Positions 1 through 12,800 of a stretch of DNA of 64,000 nucleotides are shown here, piece after piece. The DNA comes from Pseudomonadota bacterium. Lineage in GTDB: Bacteria; Pseudomonadota; Gammaproteobacteria; Burkholderiales; SG8-39. Position 1 is the stretch's first letter, and each line of letters starts with the position of its first letter. Under the pieces are notes generated by a model. It was not told the DNA's origin. It ran no database searches and worked only from the letters and a program-made list of their open reading frames with translations. The position numbers were made by a program, and so were the translations under genes. The stretch spans positions 1,866-65,865 of the forward strand of contig JANXRV010000062.1 of NCBI GenBank assembly GCA_025356665.1, written 5' to 3'.

Positions 1-875
1 CGTTTGAGTTGGTTTAATGCAGCCCCTTTATTAGACCAACCCTCTGCATAATCAGACTTCAGAATAAGCGCCTTGTCGTGATGCGCAATCGCCTCTTCAT
101 AACGTTTGAGTTCATGCAAGCTGTTGCCTTTGTTAGACCAAGCCTCTGCATAGCCAGGCTTCAGGCTGAGCGCCTTATCGTAATGGGCCATCGCCTCTTC
201 ATAACGTTTGAGTTGGTTTAATGCGGCCCCTTTATTAGACCAGGCCTCCGCATAATCAGGATTCAGACTTAGCGCCTTATCACATGCCTCAGACGCTTCG
301 GCATATCGTTTTAATTTATTAAGGGGCACACTTTTGTTTGACCACGCCTCGAAATAAGTCGGATTGAGCTTAATCGCCTCGTCAAAAGCGAGGACCGACT
401 CATGATAAAAATTCAAATTGTTAAGCGCAATACCTTTATTAGACCAAGCCTCCGGGAGCTTGGGTTTTATGGCGATTGCCTTTTCAAGAACCTCCAATGC
501 CAGGGCGTAATTTTTAACATCATTACAGGTGGCGCCTTTATTAACTAACGTCTCAACATCGTCCGGCTTAATTTGCAGGGCAAGGTCGTACGCCTCTAAT
601 GCACCTTGATGATTACCTTGCAAGGAATGCACAAGGCCCAAGTTATATGAAATGCGTACATCATCCTTAACGCACGACTGTAAGCAATTAAAAATAAACA
701 AGGCCTCGCTTAGCCTATTGTTTTGAGCACAACTGATACCGAGCTTGAAAACCAACTCGATATTGCTCTCATCATCTTTTATTGCTTTTAAAATGACACC
801 TTCATTTCCGCCAAGTTTATTTTCACGGATTAATTTAACAATTTCTAAAACTATGGGGGGGGGAGTTTCATTCAT
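1..875 (-). CDS. TPR-repeat protein, partial (C-terminus lies beyond the window start)
   Basis: My reverse-strand translation starts at ATG (875): MNETPPPIVLEIVKLIRENK... It continues without a stop as 34-aa TPR units (YEEAIAHYDKALSLKPGYAEAWSNKGNSLHELKR) to position 1. It is missing from the ORF track because it has no stop in the window. GC is about 43% (26/60 in the first 60 nt). Confidence 0.85.
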   Translation of the reverse strand, partial: MNETPPPIVLEIVKLIRENKLGGNEGVILKAIKDDESNIELVFKLGISCAQNNRLSEALFIFNCLQSCVKDDVRISYNLGLVHSLQGNHQGALEAYDLALQIKPDDVETLVNKGATCNDVKNYALALEVLEKAIAIKPKLPEAWSNKGIALNNLNFYHESVLAFDEAIKLNPTYFEAWSNKSVPLNKLKRYAEASEACDKALSLNPDYAEAWSNKGAALNQLKRYEEAMAHYDKALSLKPGYAEAWSNKGNSLHELKRYEEAIAHHDKALILKSDYAEGWSNKGAALNQLK

Positions 876-945
876 ATTGGCCTGCCTGATTTCTTCGGCT
901 CACTCAGAGGTGGTTCCGCGCAGTTGGACAGTTTTTAGGCATTTA

Positions 946-2319
946 TCAGTGGGCGCGCACACGAAGCTTGTCCTTGAGCGTGACGAACTCCTCGGCGGCG
1001 GTGGGGTGGATACCCACGGTGGCGTCGAACTGGCTCTTGGTCAGGCCTGCGCGCACCGCGATGCCTATGCCCTGGATGATCTCGGGCGCATCAGCGCCGA
1101 CCATGTGCGCACCCACCACCCGCTGGCTCGCCGCGTCGACGATGAGCTTCATCAGCGTGCGCTCCTCGCGACCGGACAGGGTGTGCTTGAGCGCGCGAAA
1201 TGAGGTCTTGTAGACATCAAGTTCGCCATACTTCTTGAGCGCGGCAGATTCGCTGTCACCCACCGTTCCCACCGGCGGCTGGCTGAACACCGCGGTCGGA
1301 ATGTCGTTATGGTCGACAGCGGTTGGCGTGTTATTGAACAGGGTTGCGGCGAGCGCCGCGCCCTCGCGAATGGCAACGGGGGTCAATGCGATGCGGTTGG
1401 TCACGTCCCCCACGGCATGAATGCTCGCCACGCTGGTGTGCGAATGCGCATCGACAAGCACGCCCCCGCCCGCATCCAGGCGCACACCGGCGCCCTCGAG
1501 GCCCAGTCCCGCGGTGTTGGGTTTGCGCCCGGTGGCAAACATCACGGCATCAACCGTCAGCCGTGTTCCATCGGCGCAAGCCACCTCCAGCGCGCCGTCG
1601 GCGCGGGTGATGGCGGTCACCTCATGGTGCAGCAGGATACGAACGCCCTTTTTTTCCATTTCTTCGTGCAAATGCCGCTGCACATCGGCATCAAAACCAC
1701 GCAGGATTTCCTCACCCCGGTACGACAGCGTCACCTGGCTGCCCAGGCCGTTAAAGATGCCGGCGAATTCCACCGCGATATAACCGCCGCCGACCACCAG
1801 CACGCGCTGCGGCAGTTCGGGCAACTCAAACGCCTCGTTCGAGGTAATGGCCAGCTCCGCGCCCGGTATCGCCGGTTTGAGCGGCCAGCCCCCGGTGGCC
1901 AGCAGAATATGCGCGGCACTGAACTGTTTCTCACCCACGCTCACCGTGTGCGCATCGACGATCTGAGCGCGACCTTGCATCAGCTCAACGCCCGATCCTT
2001 GCAGCAGCTTGATGTAAATGGCCTCCAGGCGCGCAATCTCGCGGTCCTTGTTGGCGATCAGCGTTGGCCATGAAAACTGCGGCGGCGCCACCGTCCAGCC
2101 AAAGCCCCGCGCGTCTTCGAAGTCTTCATGAAAATGCGCAGCGTAAGAGAGCAGCTTTTTCGGCACACAGCCGCGAATGACGCAGGTTCCGCCGACGCGG
2201 TAATCCTCGGCTATCGCCACGCGGGCGCCATAGCCGGCGCTCATGCGACTGGCGCGCACGCCGCCCGATCCGGCGCCGATCACAAACAAGTCGTAGTCGT
2301 ATTTTTTATCCTGCTTCAT
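946..2319 (-). CDS. gor: Glutathione-disulfide reductase
   Basis: 457 aa. N-terminal FAD fold DLFVIGAGSGG, redox-active disulfide GGTCVIRGCVPKK, C-terminal HPTAAEEFVTL. Confidence 0.9.
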   Translation of the reverse strand: MKQDKKYDYDLFVIGAGSGGVRASRMSAGYGARVAIAEDYRVGGTCVIRGCVPKKLLSYAAHFHEDFEDARGFGWTVAPPQFSWPTLIANKDREIARLEAIYIKLLQGSGVELMQGRAQIVDAHTVSVGEKQFSAAHILLATGGWPLKPAIPGAELAITSNEAFELPELPQRVLVVGGGYIAVEFAGIFNGLGSQVTLSYRGEEILRGFDADVQRHLHEEMEKKGVRILLHHEVTAITRADGALEVACADGTRLTVDAVMFATGRKPNTAGLGLEGAGVRLDAGGGVLVDAHSHTSVASIHAVGDVTNRIALTPVAIREGAALAATLFNNTPTAVDHNDIPTAVFSQPPVGTVGDSESAALKKYGELDVYKTSFRALKHTLSGREERTLMKLIVDAASQRVVGAHMVGADAPEIIQGIGIAVRAGLTKSQFDATVGIHPTAAEEFVTLKDKLRVRAH

Positions 2320-2340
2320 ACCCTGCTCCTTTGCGTAGCC

Positions 2341-2416
2341 GTGCCTGCCCGTGCCTGCCCTTGTTTCCCCGGGTGCCTGAACATCTGCTTACCTGATTAC
2401 CTGATTACCCGATTAC
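2341..2416. repeat. Two short tandem repeats in the gor upstream spacer
   Basis: GTGCCTGCCC x2 (2341-2360) and TACCTGAT x3 (2390-2416). Confidence 0.8.
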
Positions 2417-2452
2417 AACGCAGCCCATTTTCCTACGATGCCGGGCGGCGTG

Positions 2453-2482
2453 AAAACAAAAACGCCCCGCAGGGCGGGGCGT
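2453..2482 (-). terminator. Intrinsic terminator downstream of rpoD
   Basis: Stem ACGCCCCGC / GCGGGGCGT (2462-2470 and 2474-2482), followed on the minus strand by TTTTTGTTTT (2453-2462). It lies 50 nt past the rpoD stop. Confidence 0.75.
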
Positions 2483-2531
2483 TGAAAATACCAAACTGCC
2501 GAAACAAACCCGACCGCGGCCGGGCCTGGCT

Positions 2532-4994
<2,463 letters not shown>

Positions 4995-5050
4995 GGTCGG
5001 TATCCTAACTAACGGAAATAAATGCGGAAAAGCTTTAAATTATACCACGG

Positions 5051-6844
5051 CTAAAGCGATTGGCCGGGGGCAGAAGCACTCGCCTTGTCCAGCACCGCTA
5101 TCTCCTTGATGATGCTGTTAAGTTCAGCCTTTTCATCCTGGGTCAGCGCCGCACCAGCGGCTTTGCCGAGCAGTTCATCGTGCCGCTCCTCGACGCGCCG
5201 GCGGCGCAAGCGCGGCAGCGCGTCGCGAAACTCCGCATCGGCCTGCTCGGCGGTAAGGTTGATGTCCATCAGCTCAGACAGCACCTGATTGAACAATGCC
5301 TCATGCTCGCCACCGCGAAACTGGTCAATGAGGCGTGCCTCGAAATTCGTGCCGGCATTCTCACGCGCGTACGCCGCCATGGACAGCAAACCCTGGGTTT
5401 CCGCGCCCCCACCCTCGAACAAGTCGAGCGGCAATTCGCCGGCCAGATCGGGCTTGACCATCAAAAAATTCAGGAATTTGCGCTCCAGGCTTTGCGTCGT
5501 GCGCCGCTGGACACGCGGCGGTGCACCGCGGCCCGAAGAGCGCGCGCCGCGCGATTCGGTCGCGATACCCCGAATTTCCACCAGCCCGGCCGCCTCCGCG
5601 GACGTCATGCCGCACAAATCGGCGAGCTGCTTGACCAGTTGCAATTGCAGCGCCGGAGCGGATATTTTTTGCAGCAGCGGCTTGGCCTCATGCAGGATGC
5701 GCGAGCGCCCCTCGAGCGTGCTCATATCGACGCGCGACTTGAGCTCGGATAACAGCACGTCGGACAGCGGGCGCGATTCGACCAGTTTTTTCTCGAACGT
5801 CTCCTTGCCATGGGCGCGGACAAAGGTGTCCGGATCGTCCTCGGCCGGCAGGAACAGGAACTTTACCGCCTTGTGATCGGCAAGGCAGGGCAGGCTGACC
5901 TCCAGCGCGTGCCAGGCGGCCTTGCGGCCGGCGTTGTCACCGTCAAAACAAAATACGATTTCATCGGTCTGGCGGAACAGTTTCTGGATGTGGATTGCCG
6001 AGGTCGCAGTGCCCAGGGTGGCCACGGCGTAGCCAACCTCGTGCTGCGCCAGCGCGATCACGTCCATATAGCCCTCGACAACGATGGCGCGACCCGCCTC
6101 GCGTATGCCCTGTCGCGCCTGCGACAAACCATAAAGCTCACGCCCTTTTTCGAACAGCGGCGTTTCCGGAGAGTTGAGGTATTTGGGCTCGCCGGCGTCC
6201 AGGATGCGGCCACCAAAACCGATCACCACGCCGCGCTGGTTCATGATCGGAAACATGATGCGATCGCGAAAACGATCGTAACGACGACCCTCGTCGTTCT
6301 CGATCACCAGTCCGACATCCTTGAGACTCTTGTCGTCGTATTTCGGAAACGCCGCCTGCAGGCTTTGCCAGCCATCGGGCGCGTAGCCAAGACCGTATTG
6401 CGCCGCGACCTTGCCCGACAGTCCGCGGCCCTTCAGGTAATCGACGGCGCGGGTGGAGTCCTTGAGTTTGTCGCGGTAAAACTGCATCGCCTGCTGCATG
6501 ATGGCGTACAGGTCGGGGCCCTCGGGCAGGGCCTTGGCACTGCCGCGCGCCTCGTATTCGGGCATTTTCATGCCGGCGTTCTCAGCCAGGTCTGTCACCG
6601 CCTCAACATAGCCAAGCCCGGAGTACTCCATCAAAAATCCGATGGCGTTACCGTGGGCGCCGCAGCCAAAACAATGATAAAACTGCTTGGCCGGACTGAC
6701 CGTGAACGAGGGCGATTTTTCGTTATGGAAGGGGCACAGCCCCATGAAATTGGCGCCACCCTTTTTGAGCTGCACGAAACGGCCGACCACATCGACGATA
6801 TCGACGCGATTGAGTAGGTCCTGCTTGAAGGAATCTGGAATCAC
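5051..6844 (-). CDS. dnaG: DNA primase
   Basis: 597 aa. Zinc-finger region CPFHNEKSPSFTVSPAKQFYHCFGCGAHG and a Toprim region (IVVEGYMDVIAL). It lies between yqeY and rpoD. Confidence 0.95.
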   Translation of the reverse strand: MIPDSFKQDLLNRVDIVDVVGRFVQLKKGGANFMGLCPFHNEKSPSFTVSPAKQFYHCFGCGAHGNAIGFLMEYSGLGYVEAVTDLAENAGMKMPEYEARGSAKALPEGPDLYAIMQQAMQFYRDKLKDSTRAVDYLKGRGLSGKVAAQYGLGYAPDGWQSLQAAFPKYDDKSLKDVGLVIENDEGRRYDRFRDRIMFPIMNQRGVVIGFGGRILDAGEPKYLNSPETPLFEKGRELYGLSQARQGIREAGRAIVVEGYMDVIALAQHEVGYAVATLGTATSAIHIQKLFRQTDEIVFCFDGDNAGRKAAWHALEVSLPCLADHKAVKFLFLPAEDDPDTFVRAHGKETFEKKLVESRPLSDVLLSELKSRVDMSTLEGRSRILHEAKPLLQKISAPALQLQLVKQLADLCGMTSAEAAGLVEIRGIATESRGARSSGRGAPPRVQRRTTQSLERKFLNFLMVKPDLAGELPLDLFEGGGAETQGLLSMAAYARENAGTNFEARLIDQFRGGEHEALFNQVLSELMDINLTAEQADAEFRDALPRLRRRRVEERHDELLGKAAGAALTQDEKAELNSIIKEIAVLDKASASAPGQSL

Positions 6845-7079
6845 CGGCGCGCAGGAGTAGTCTGGATTCTGTCAAAAATAGTGCATGAAAACGCGGTCTT
6901 GCCTGTCTGCTGCCCGCTGCCCGCTGCCTTGGATGCGCGGCATACGCAGAAAAACCGCCAAGGCCGAACGCGGTTTAAGGGTATTTATATCCAATACCGG
7001 TGGGAACGCAAGCACCACAAACCACCGCCCTGCCCGCCACCACCGCCCTGCCCGGGAAACTCGCCCGAGCCCCCGGCAA

Positions 7080-7547
7080 TCAGCCGGCCAGCTTGGCTTT
7101 CACCAGGGCTGAAACCGCACCAATATCTGCCTTGCCGGCAAGCTTGGGCTTGAGCACAGCCATCACCTTGCCCATATCCTGGGGCCCCGTGGCGCCCGCG
7201 GCGGTAATCGCCTCGGCAACCGCGGCGGCGACCTCTTCAGCGCTCAGTTGTTGGGGCATGTAGCCCGACAGCACGCTGATCTCGAATTTCTCCACGTCCG
7301 CCAGGTCCTGGCGGCCACCGGCCTCGTATTGGGCGATGGAATCGCGACGCTGTTTAAGCATTTTTTCCAGGATGGCCAGAATGTCGGCATCCGAGAGCTC
7401 GATGCGCTCGTCCACTTCACGCTGCTTCATCGCCGACAGGAGCAAGCGCACCGTGCCCAGGCGCTGCGCGTCCTTGGCCTTCATCGCGGCTTTCATGTCT
7501 TCGGTGATGCGTGTTTTCAGGGACATGGCGTAATCACTCCGCTTCAA
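7080..7547 (-). CDS. GatB/YqeY domain-containing protein
   Basis: 155 aa, LKTRITEDMKAAMKAKD...LSAMKQREVDE, in the typical position between rpsU and dnaG. Confidence 0.85.
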   Translation of the reverse strand: MKRSDYAMSLKTRITEDMKAAMKAKDAQRLGTVRLLLSAMKQREVDERIELSDADILAILEKMLKQRRDSIAQYEAGGRQDLADVEKFEISVLSGYMPQQLSAEEVAAAVAEAITAAGATGPQDMGKVMAVLKPKLAGKADIGAVSALVKAKLAG

Positions 7548-7672
7548 AATGGCGCCAGCTCAGAATCTCCCGGCACAAAAGATTACGGCGCGACAAGGGG
7601 CGCTACAGCGCCCACCCGATCGCGCCGAATTAATCCGGCGATATATCACGGCGTCAAGGACGCCGCCCCGAA

Positions 7673-7885
7673 TCAATACATCTTCGGCGGCAGTGTCTGG
7701 TTGCGCAGACGCTTGTAGTGGCGCTTCACCGCGGCGGCCAGCTTGCGCTTGCGCTCGGAGGTGGGCTTCTCATAGAACTCGCGCGCGCGCAGTTCGGTGA
7801 GCAGGCCGGTTTTCTCGACAGTGCGCTTGAAGCGGCGAAGCGCTACTTCAAACGGTTCGTTTTCCTTGACGCGTACGCTTGGCAT
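7673..7885 (-). CDS. rpsU: 30S ribosomal protein S21
   Basis: 70 aa, [48 protein letters not shown]. Confidence 0.97.
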   Translation of the reverse strand: MPSVRVKENEPFEVALRRFKRTVEKTGLLTELRAREFYEKPTSERKRKLAAAVKRHYKRLRNQTLPPKMY

Positions 7886-8130
7886 GTAACAAAACCCCTC
7901 ACTAATGCAATTCCAGCCGATGTGGCTGAAACAAAGTCTGCAAGTTTAACCGATTCGGCCGCGAGACTGCAAGAGCCCTGTTCTTGCAGCCTGAAAGGGC
8001 CTTCCGCCGACCATGCCACCCCGGAAAGTGACGTTTAAGATACCATTTCCGACCGCACATCTGATCCCGGTTGCCACCGCCTGCGCGCAGCAGTTAAAGT
8101 CGCCCCATCTCATCTCAGAAAAAGCAAACC

Positions 8131-8460
8131 ATGACTTACCTTATGCTGCTGATCGCAATCATCGCCGAGGTTGCCGCCACATCCGCGCTCAAGGCTGCGG
8201 ACGGATTCACCAAACTGTGGCCGTCGGTCATCGTTGTGGTCGGTTATGCCACGGCATTTTATTTCCTGTCCCTTACGGTAAGGGTTATTCCGGTGGGCAT
8301 CGTCTACGCCATCTGGTCCGGCGTCGGCATCGCGCTCATTGCCCTTGTCGGATGGCTGATTCTGGGACAAAAACTCGATTTACCGGCGATTGCCGGTATC
8401 GGCCTGATCGCCTCCGGCGTCATGGTGATCAGTCTTTTTTCCGGATCCGTACCGGAGTAG
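8131..8460 (+). CDS. SMR-family multidrug efflux protein (EmrE/Qac-like)
   Basis: 109 aa with four TM segments and a membrane Glu in AIIAEVAATSALK. AIWSGVGI and QKLDLPAIAGI resemble EmrE more than Gdx/SugE. Confidence 0.85.
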   Translation: MTYLMLLIAIIAEVAATSALKAADGFTKLWPSVIVVVGYATAFYFLSLTVRVIPVGIVYAIWSGVGIALIALVGWLILGQKLDLPAIAGIGLIASGVMVISLFSGSVPE

Positions 8461-8484
8461 GCAACGCGGCTTTTCCCGGCGAAC

Positions 8485-9618
8485 CTATTTGAAATCAGAC
8501 GCCATCTGCTCCTGGATGCCGATTTCAGCGCTGGTCACCACGCAGCGGTCGATGTAATCAACCAGGCGCATCGGCGCACGCAGCCCTTCTTCGAGCAGGC
8601 GCCGGTTATCGAAAACAAAGTTCAACTCGGCAAATGCGCCGTACAGCTTGAGGGCGCGAACCAGCAGCCTGCGGTTGATGATGCCCAGTTGTTCCTCGCA
8701 CTGCCCGGCCAGGCTGGCCAGATCATCGACGGCGATTTTTCGGTAATTCTTGCCCATGGGCGAAAGGCCGGCCGCACGCGCGTAGGCGACGTCGATTTCA
8801 TCAAAACGGCAGGAGTCAAGCGACGAAGAAACGTGATACAGGTTGTGCTTCAACTGCGCCTTGAAGGTCAGTTCGATTAGAACCGAGGCGCAATAGTCAA
8901 CCGGAACCACATCAATGCATTCGGCCAGATCGCAGGTGAACTGCTTTAGCGCGTGCGCCATGCGAAAGACCCAAAAAATACTTCCCGAGGGTCCGCAGCC
9001 CAGGACGGTGTGCCCGACAATGATGGAGGGCCTGACCACCAACAAGGGCAGGGTGGGCAGTTCCTTGCGCAGCTTTTCTTCCGCCTCGAGCTTGGAGGCG
9101 GTATAGGGAACGAGGTGCTCCTCGATGTCTGCCGGCGAACCCCAGACTTCCTGAACCGGGCTGATGACATTGGGACCGCAGGACATCGCGGTGCCGACCT
9201 GGACAAAGCGATCCAGTTTCGCGCGCCTGTGAACCAGCGCCGCAAAGGCGAAGGTGCCATCGACATTGACCGGCCAGATCTTCGGGCTGTTGGAAAAGGT
9301 CGCCAGCGCGGCGCAATTGATGACGTGTGTGACCGTTGTCAGGCGGGTGCTTTGTTCCAGTTCATCGAGATACTCAAAGTCGCCGCAAATGACCTGGCCG
9401 GGACTGAGCGTGTTGATCTTTTGCTCGTCAATGTTGAATCTGGCCAGATTGGCCTGGACGCGCATCAGGCCCTCGATCTTGTTCTTGGCACGTACGAAAA
9501 AACTCATGTTTGGCGCGTGTTCGGCACCGAGCAATTCGGCAACGATGGCACCGCCCAGAAAACCGGTGGCCCCGGTAATCAAGAGATGCTTGCTTGCCAT
9601 TGGGGGCTTGATCATCAA
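8485..9618 (-). CDS. SDR-family NAD-binding protein (thioester/fatty-acyl reductase-like)
   Basis: 377 aa with Rossmann motif LLITGATGFLGG and YTASKLEAE (YxxxK). The start is uncertain; ATG at 9600 (MASKHLL) is an alternative. Confidence 0.7.
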   Translation of the reverse strand: MMIKPPMASKHLLITGATGFLGGAIVAELLGAEHAPNMSFFVRAKNKIEGLMRVQANLARFNIDEQKINTLSPGQVICGDFEYLDELEQSTRLTTVTHVINCAALATFSNSPKIWPVNVDGTFAFAALVHRRAKLDRFVQVGTAMSCGPNVISPVQEVWGSPADIEEHLVPYTASKLEAEEKLRKELPTLPLLVVRPSIIVGHTVLGCGPSGSIFWVFRMAHALKQFTCDLAECIDVVPVDYCASVLIELTFKAQLKHNLYHVSSSLDSCRFDEIDVAYARAAGLSPMGKNYRKIAVDDLASLAGQCEEQLGIINRRLLVRALKLYGAFAELNFVFDNRRLLEEGLRAPMRLVDYIDRCVVTSAEIGIQEQMASDFK

Positions 9619-9833
9619 TTCGTCCAGAAAAGTGCTTCCGATCGCATTGTATTCCTTATGACAGACGCGGGATGGTTTCTAGGCATTGCCCACGTTAGCG
9701 GCCTTGAATTGCGGCTCGCGGTGCCCATTAGCTCGACCTTGCAATTGAAAAAAGACCACTCGAACTCACCGGATAAGCCTTTCGCCAAAAAGAGCGCCAT
9801 CGTCCCGCCGCGATGATCGAGCCGCTACGAGCC

Positions 9834-12800
9834 TTAACCCGTAGACTCTTCATCGGCGAAGAACTTATAAAGTATCGGCAACAGCAGCAAGGTAAACGCT
9901 GTCGCGGACACGATGCCCCCGACAATAACCACCGCAAACGGGCGCTGCGTTTCCGATCCGATGCCGTGAGAAAGTGCCGCAGGGAGAAGTCCCAGTCCCG
10001 CCATCAGGGCCGTCATCAGAATGGGCCGCAATCGCATCACCGCGCCATCCATGATGCTTTCCCTGAGCGGGCGGCCGTTGCGCACGAATTCCATGATCTG
10101 CTCGACCATGATGACGCCGTTTTGCACTGAAATACCGGCAACGGCAATAAAGCCCACTGCGGCCGAGACAGACAGATGCAAGCCCGCCAACCCCAAGCCG
10201 GCGATGCCGCCTATCAATGTGAAAGGCACCATTAGCAACACCAGTAAAGCGCGCCTTACGGACCGGAAGGCCCAGAACAGCAGGCAAAAGATGATCAACA
10301 TTGAGAGCGGCACCACAACCTTCAATCGCGCCATGGCGCGCTGCTGGTTCTCAAACTGCCCTCCCCATGTGATCTGGTACCCGGGCGGCAGCTTGATCTG
10401 GTCTGCGACGCGCTTTTGCGCCTCAGCAACAAAGCTGCCCTGATCGCGCCCGACCAGATTGACCTTTACCGCGACGTTGCGTCCGCCCGCCTCGCGGGCG
10501 ATGCGCGTCGCACCTTGCCGAACCTCGATTTTCGCAATGTCCCCCAGTGCGATCGTGCTTGGCGCCCCGGTCTGGCCGCCGGCAGCGCCGGTTCCAGGCA
10601 AGGCCACCTGCAAATCGGACACATCGTCAACCGAGTCGCGATACCGCGCCTGCAGTCTGGCCGTCACATCAAACCGCCGGTCGCCGTCATAAAACGCATT
10701 GGCCGGATTCCCGGCAAGCGCCGTTTGTATGACGTTGTTGACGTCACTCACGTTAACCCCGTATCGCGCGGTCTTTTCGCGATCCACCGTAATGGTCAGC
10801 TCGCTCTGCCCGCCTATCTTGAAAGCCGCAACGTCCGTTGCACCGCGCACGTTGCTGAGGATGCTGACGATCTGCTCGCTTTTGCTCTCCAGAATATCCA
10901 GATCGGGACCGAAGAGCTTTACGACGATTTCCCCCTTCGCGCCCGAGAGCGCCTCCTCGACGTTGTCCTGGATTACCTGCGAAAAATTCGTCGGCACGCC
11001 CGGCAGGCGGCGGATTTTGGCGGACATGTCGGTCACCAGCGCATCCTTGCTCTCGAAACGCCATTCCCCCCTGGGTTTGAGATCGGCAAGCACCTCCAGA
11101 TTGTTCGGGCCCTTGGGGTCGGTGCCGTCATCCGGGCGACCCACCTGCGTCACCACCATGTTCACTTCGGGGTAGCTTCTGAGTATGGCCCGGACTTCTC
11201 GTTCCACTTCCTTTGTCTTGTCCAATCCGGTTGCCGGCGGCAGCGTAATCGTCAGCCAGATGTTGCCCTCGTCCAGTTTGGGGAGGAATTCGCTGCCCAG
11301 CAGGGGCGCGAAGCCAAGTGAAATGACCAGCAGCGCGACCGAGGCGGCAATGACCTTGCGGCTGTGGCGACCCGCCCATTCAAGCATGCCGCGGTAGCGA
11401 TTTTGCAGCGACACCATCCAGTTCGAGTGCGTCTCCGCCATGTCCTCGCGCCGCATCGCATAGGCGAGCAGGGTGGGAACCAGCGTCAAGGTCAGCAAAA
11501 TCGCCCCGAGCAGGGCAAACGCCAGCGTATAGGTCACCGGCGTGAATATCTTGCCCTCGACCCGCTGGAAGGTGAAGATCGGCAAAAAGGCGGTGATGAT
11601 GATCGCCTTGGAAAAAAGTATCGGATGGGCAAGCGTTGCGGCGGTATGCCGTAATTCATGCAATCGCCAGCCGACACCCGAATGCTTTGGATTGGGATCG
11701 GTTTGGGCAATGGCGAGGCGGACCATAAGCGCCTCGACCAGAACCACTGCGCTGTCAACGATGATGCCAAAATCCACGGCACCGAGTGAGATCAGGTTTG
11801 CCGAAACGCCGCGCGCATCCATGAGGATGAACGCAAACAGCAGCGACAGCGGTATCACCGAGGCGACGATCAGCGCCGCACGCCAGTTGCGCAGGAACAG
11901 CAGCAGGATGGCGATGACCAGGGCGGCGCCCACCGCAAGGTTCTCGATCACCGTCGCAACGGTGTGGCTCACAAGATCGCTGCGCTCGTAGGTCGGCCGT
12001 ATCCTGACACCGGCCGGAAGCTTCGCGTTGACGTCATTGACCCTCGCCCGCAACCGTTCCACCACCTTGGACGCGTTCTGCCCCTTGGTCATGACGACGA
12101 TGCCTTCGATTACATCGTCCCTATCGTTGTAGGCGACGATGCCAGAACGCGGCTTCTCGCCAACCTTGACTTCGGCGAGGTCGCTCACACGCACCGGCTT
12201 GCCACCCTGAGAGGAGACCACGGTCCGTCCGATGTCCGAAACATCGCGAAACAGGCCGATGCCGCGAATCACCAGCGCTTCATCACCGCGGCGCATGAGT
12301 CCGCCACCCACGTTGGCACTGTTATTGGCAAGCGCCGCACTGACCTGGTCCAGCGTGAGGCTGTAACGCTTTAGCGCGTAGGGGTTGACGAGCGCCTGGT
12401 ACTCCTTGATGGTTCCGCCAAAGCTGACCACATCCGCTATACCGGGGACAATGCGCAACGCCGGCTTGATGGTCCAATCCTGCAAGGCGCGAATCTCGGA
12501 GAGGGGCATGCCCTCAGGAGCGTCCAGCACATAACGGTATATCTCGCCCACTGCAGTCGAGAGCGGTCCGAGCGACGGCTGCACGCCGGCCGGCAGGATC
12601 ACCGTACCCAGTTTTTCCAGAACCTGTTGCCGGGCGAAATAATCGTCCGTGCCCTCAGCAAAGGTCAGCGTGACAACGGACAGACCCGTAATGGAGACAG
12701 AGCGCACCTGTGACTGGCGCGGTACACCGCTCATCTCACGTTCGATGGGCAGGGTCACGGTACGCTCGACCTCTTCGGGCGCCAGCCCGGGCAACTGCGT

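Noticed and set aside
7886-8130. Guanidine riboswitch (ykkC, mini-ykkC or ykkC-III) upstream of the SMR transporter.
   Set aside because: I could not find the paired ACGR-loop hairpins or the conserved ykkC / ykkC-III core sequences. The transporter itself looks EmrE/Qac-like rather than Gdx/SugE-like. A covariance-model scan would be needed for certainty.
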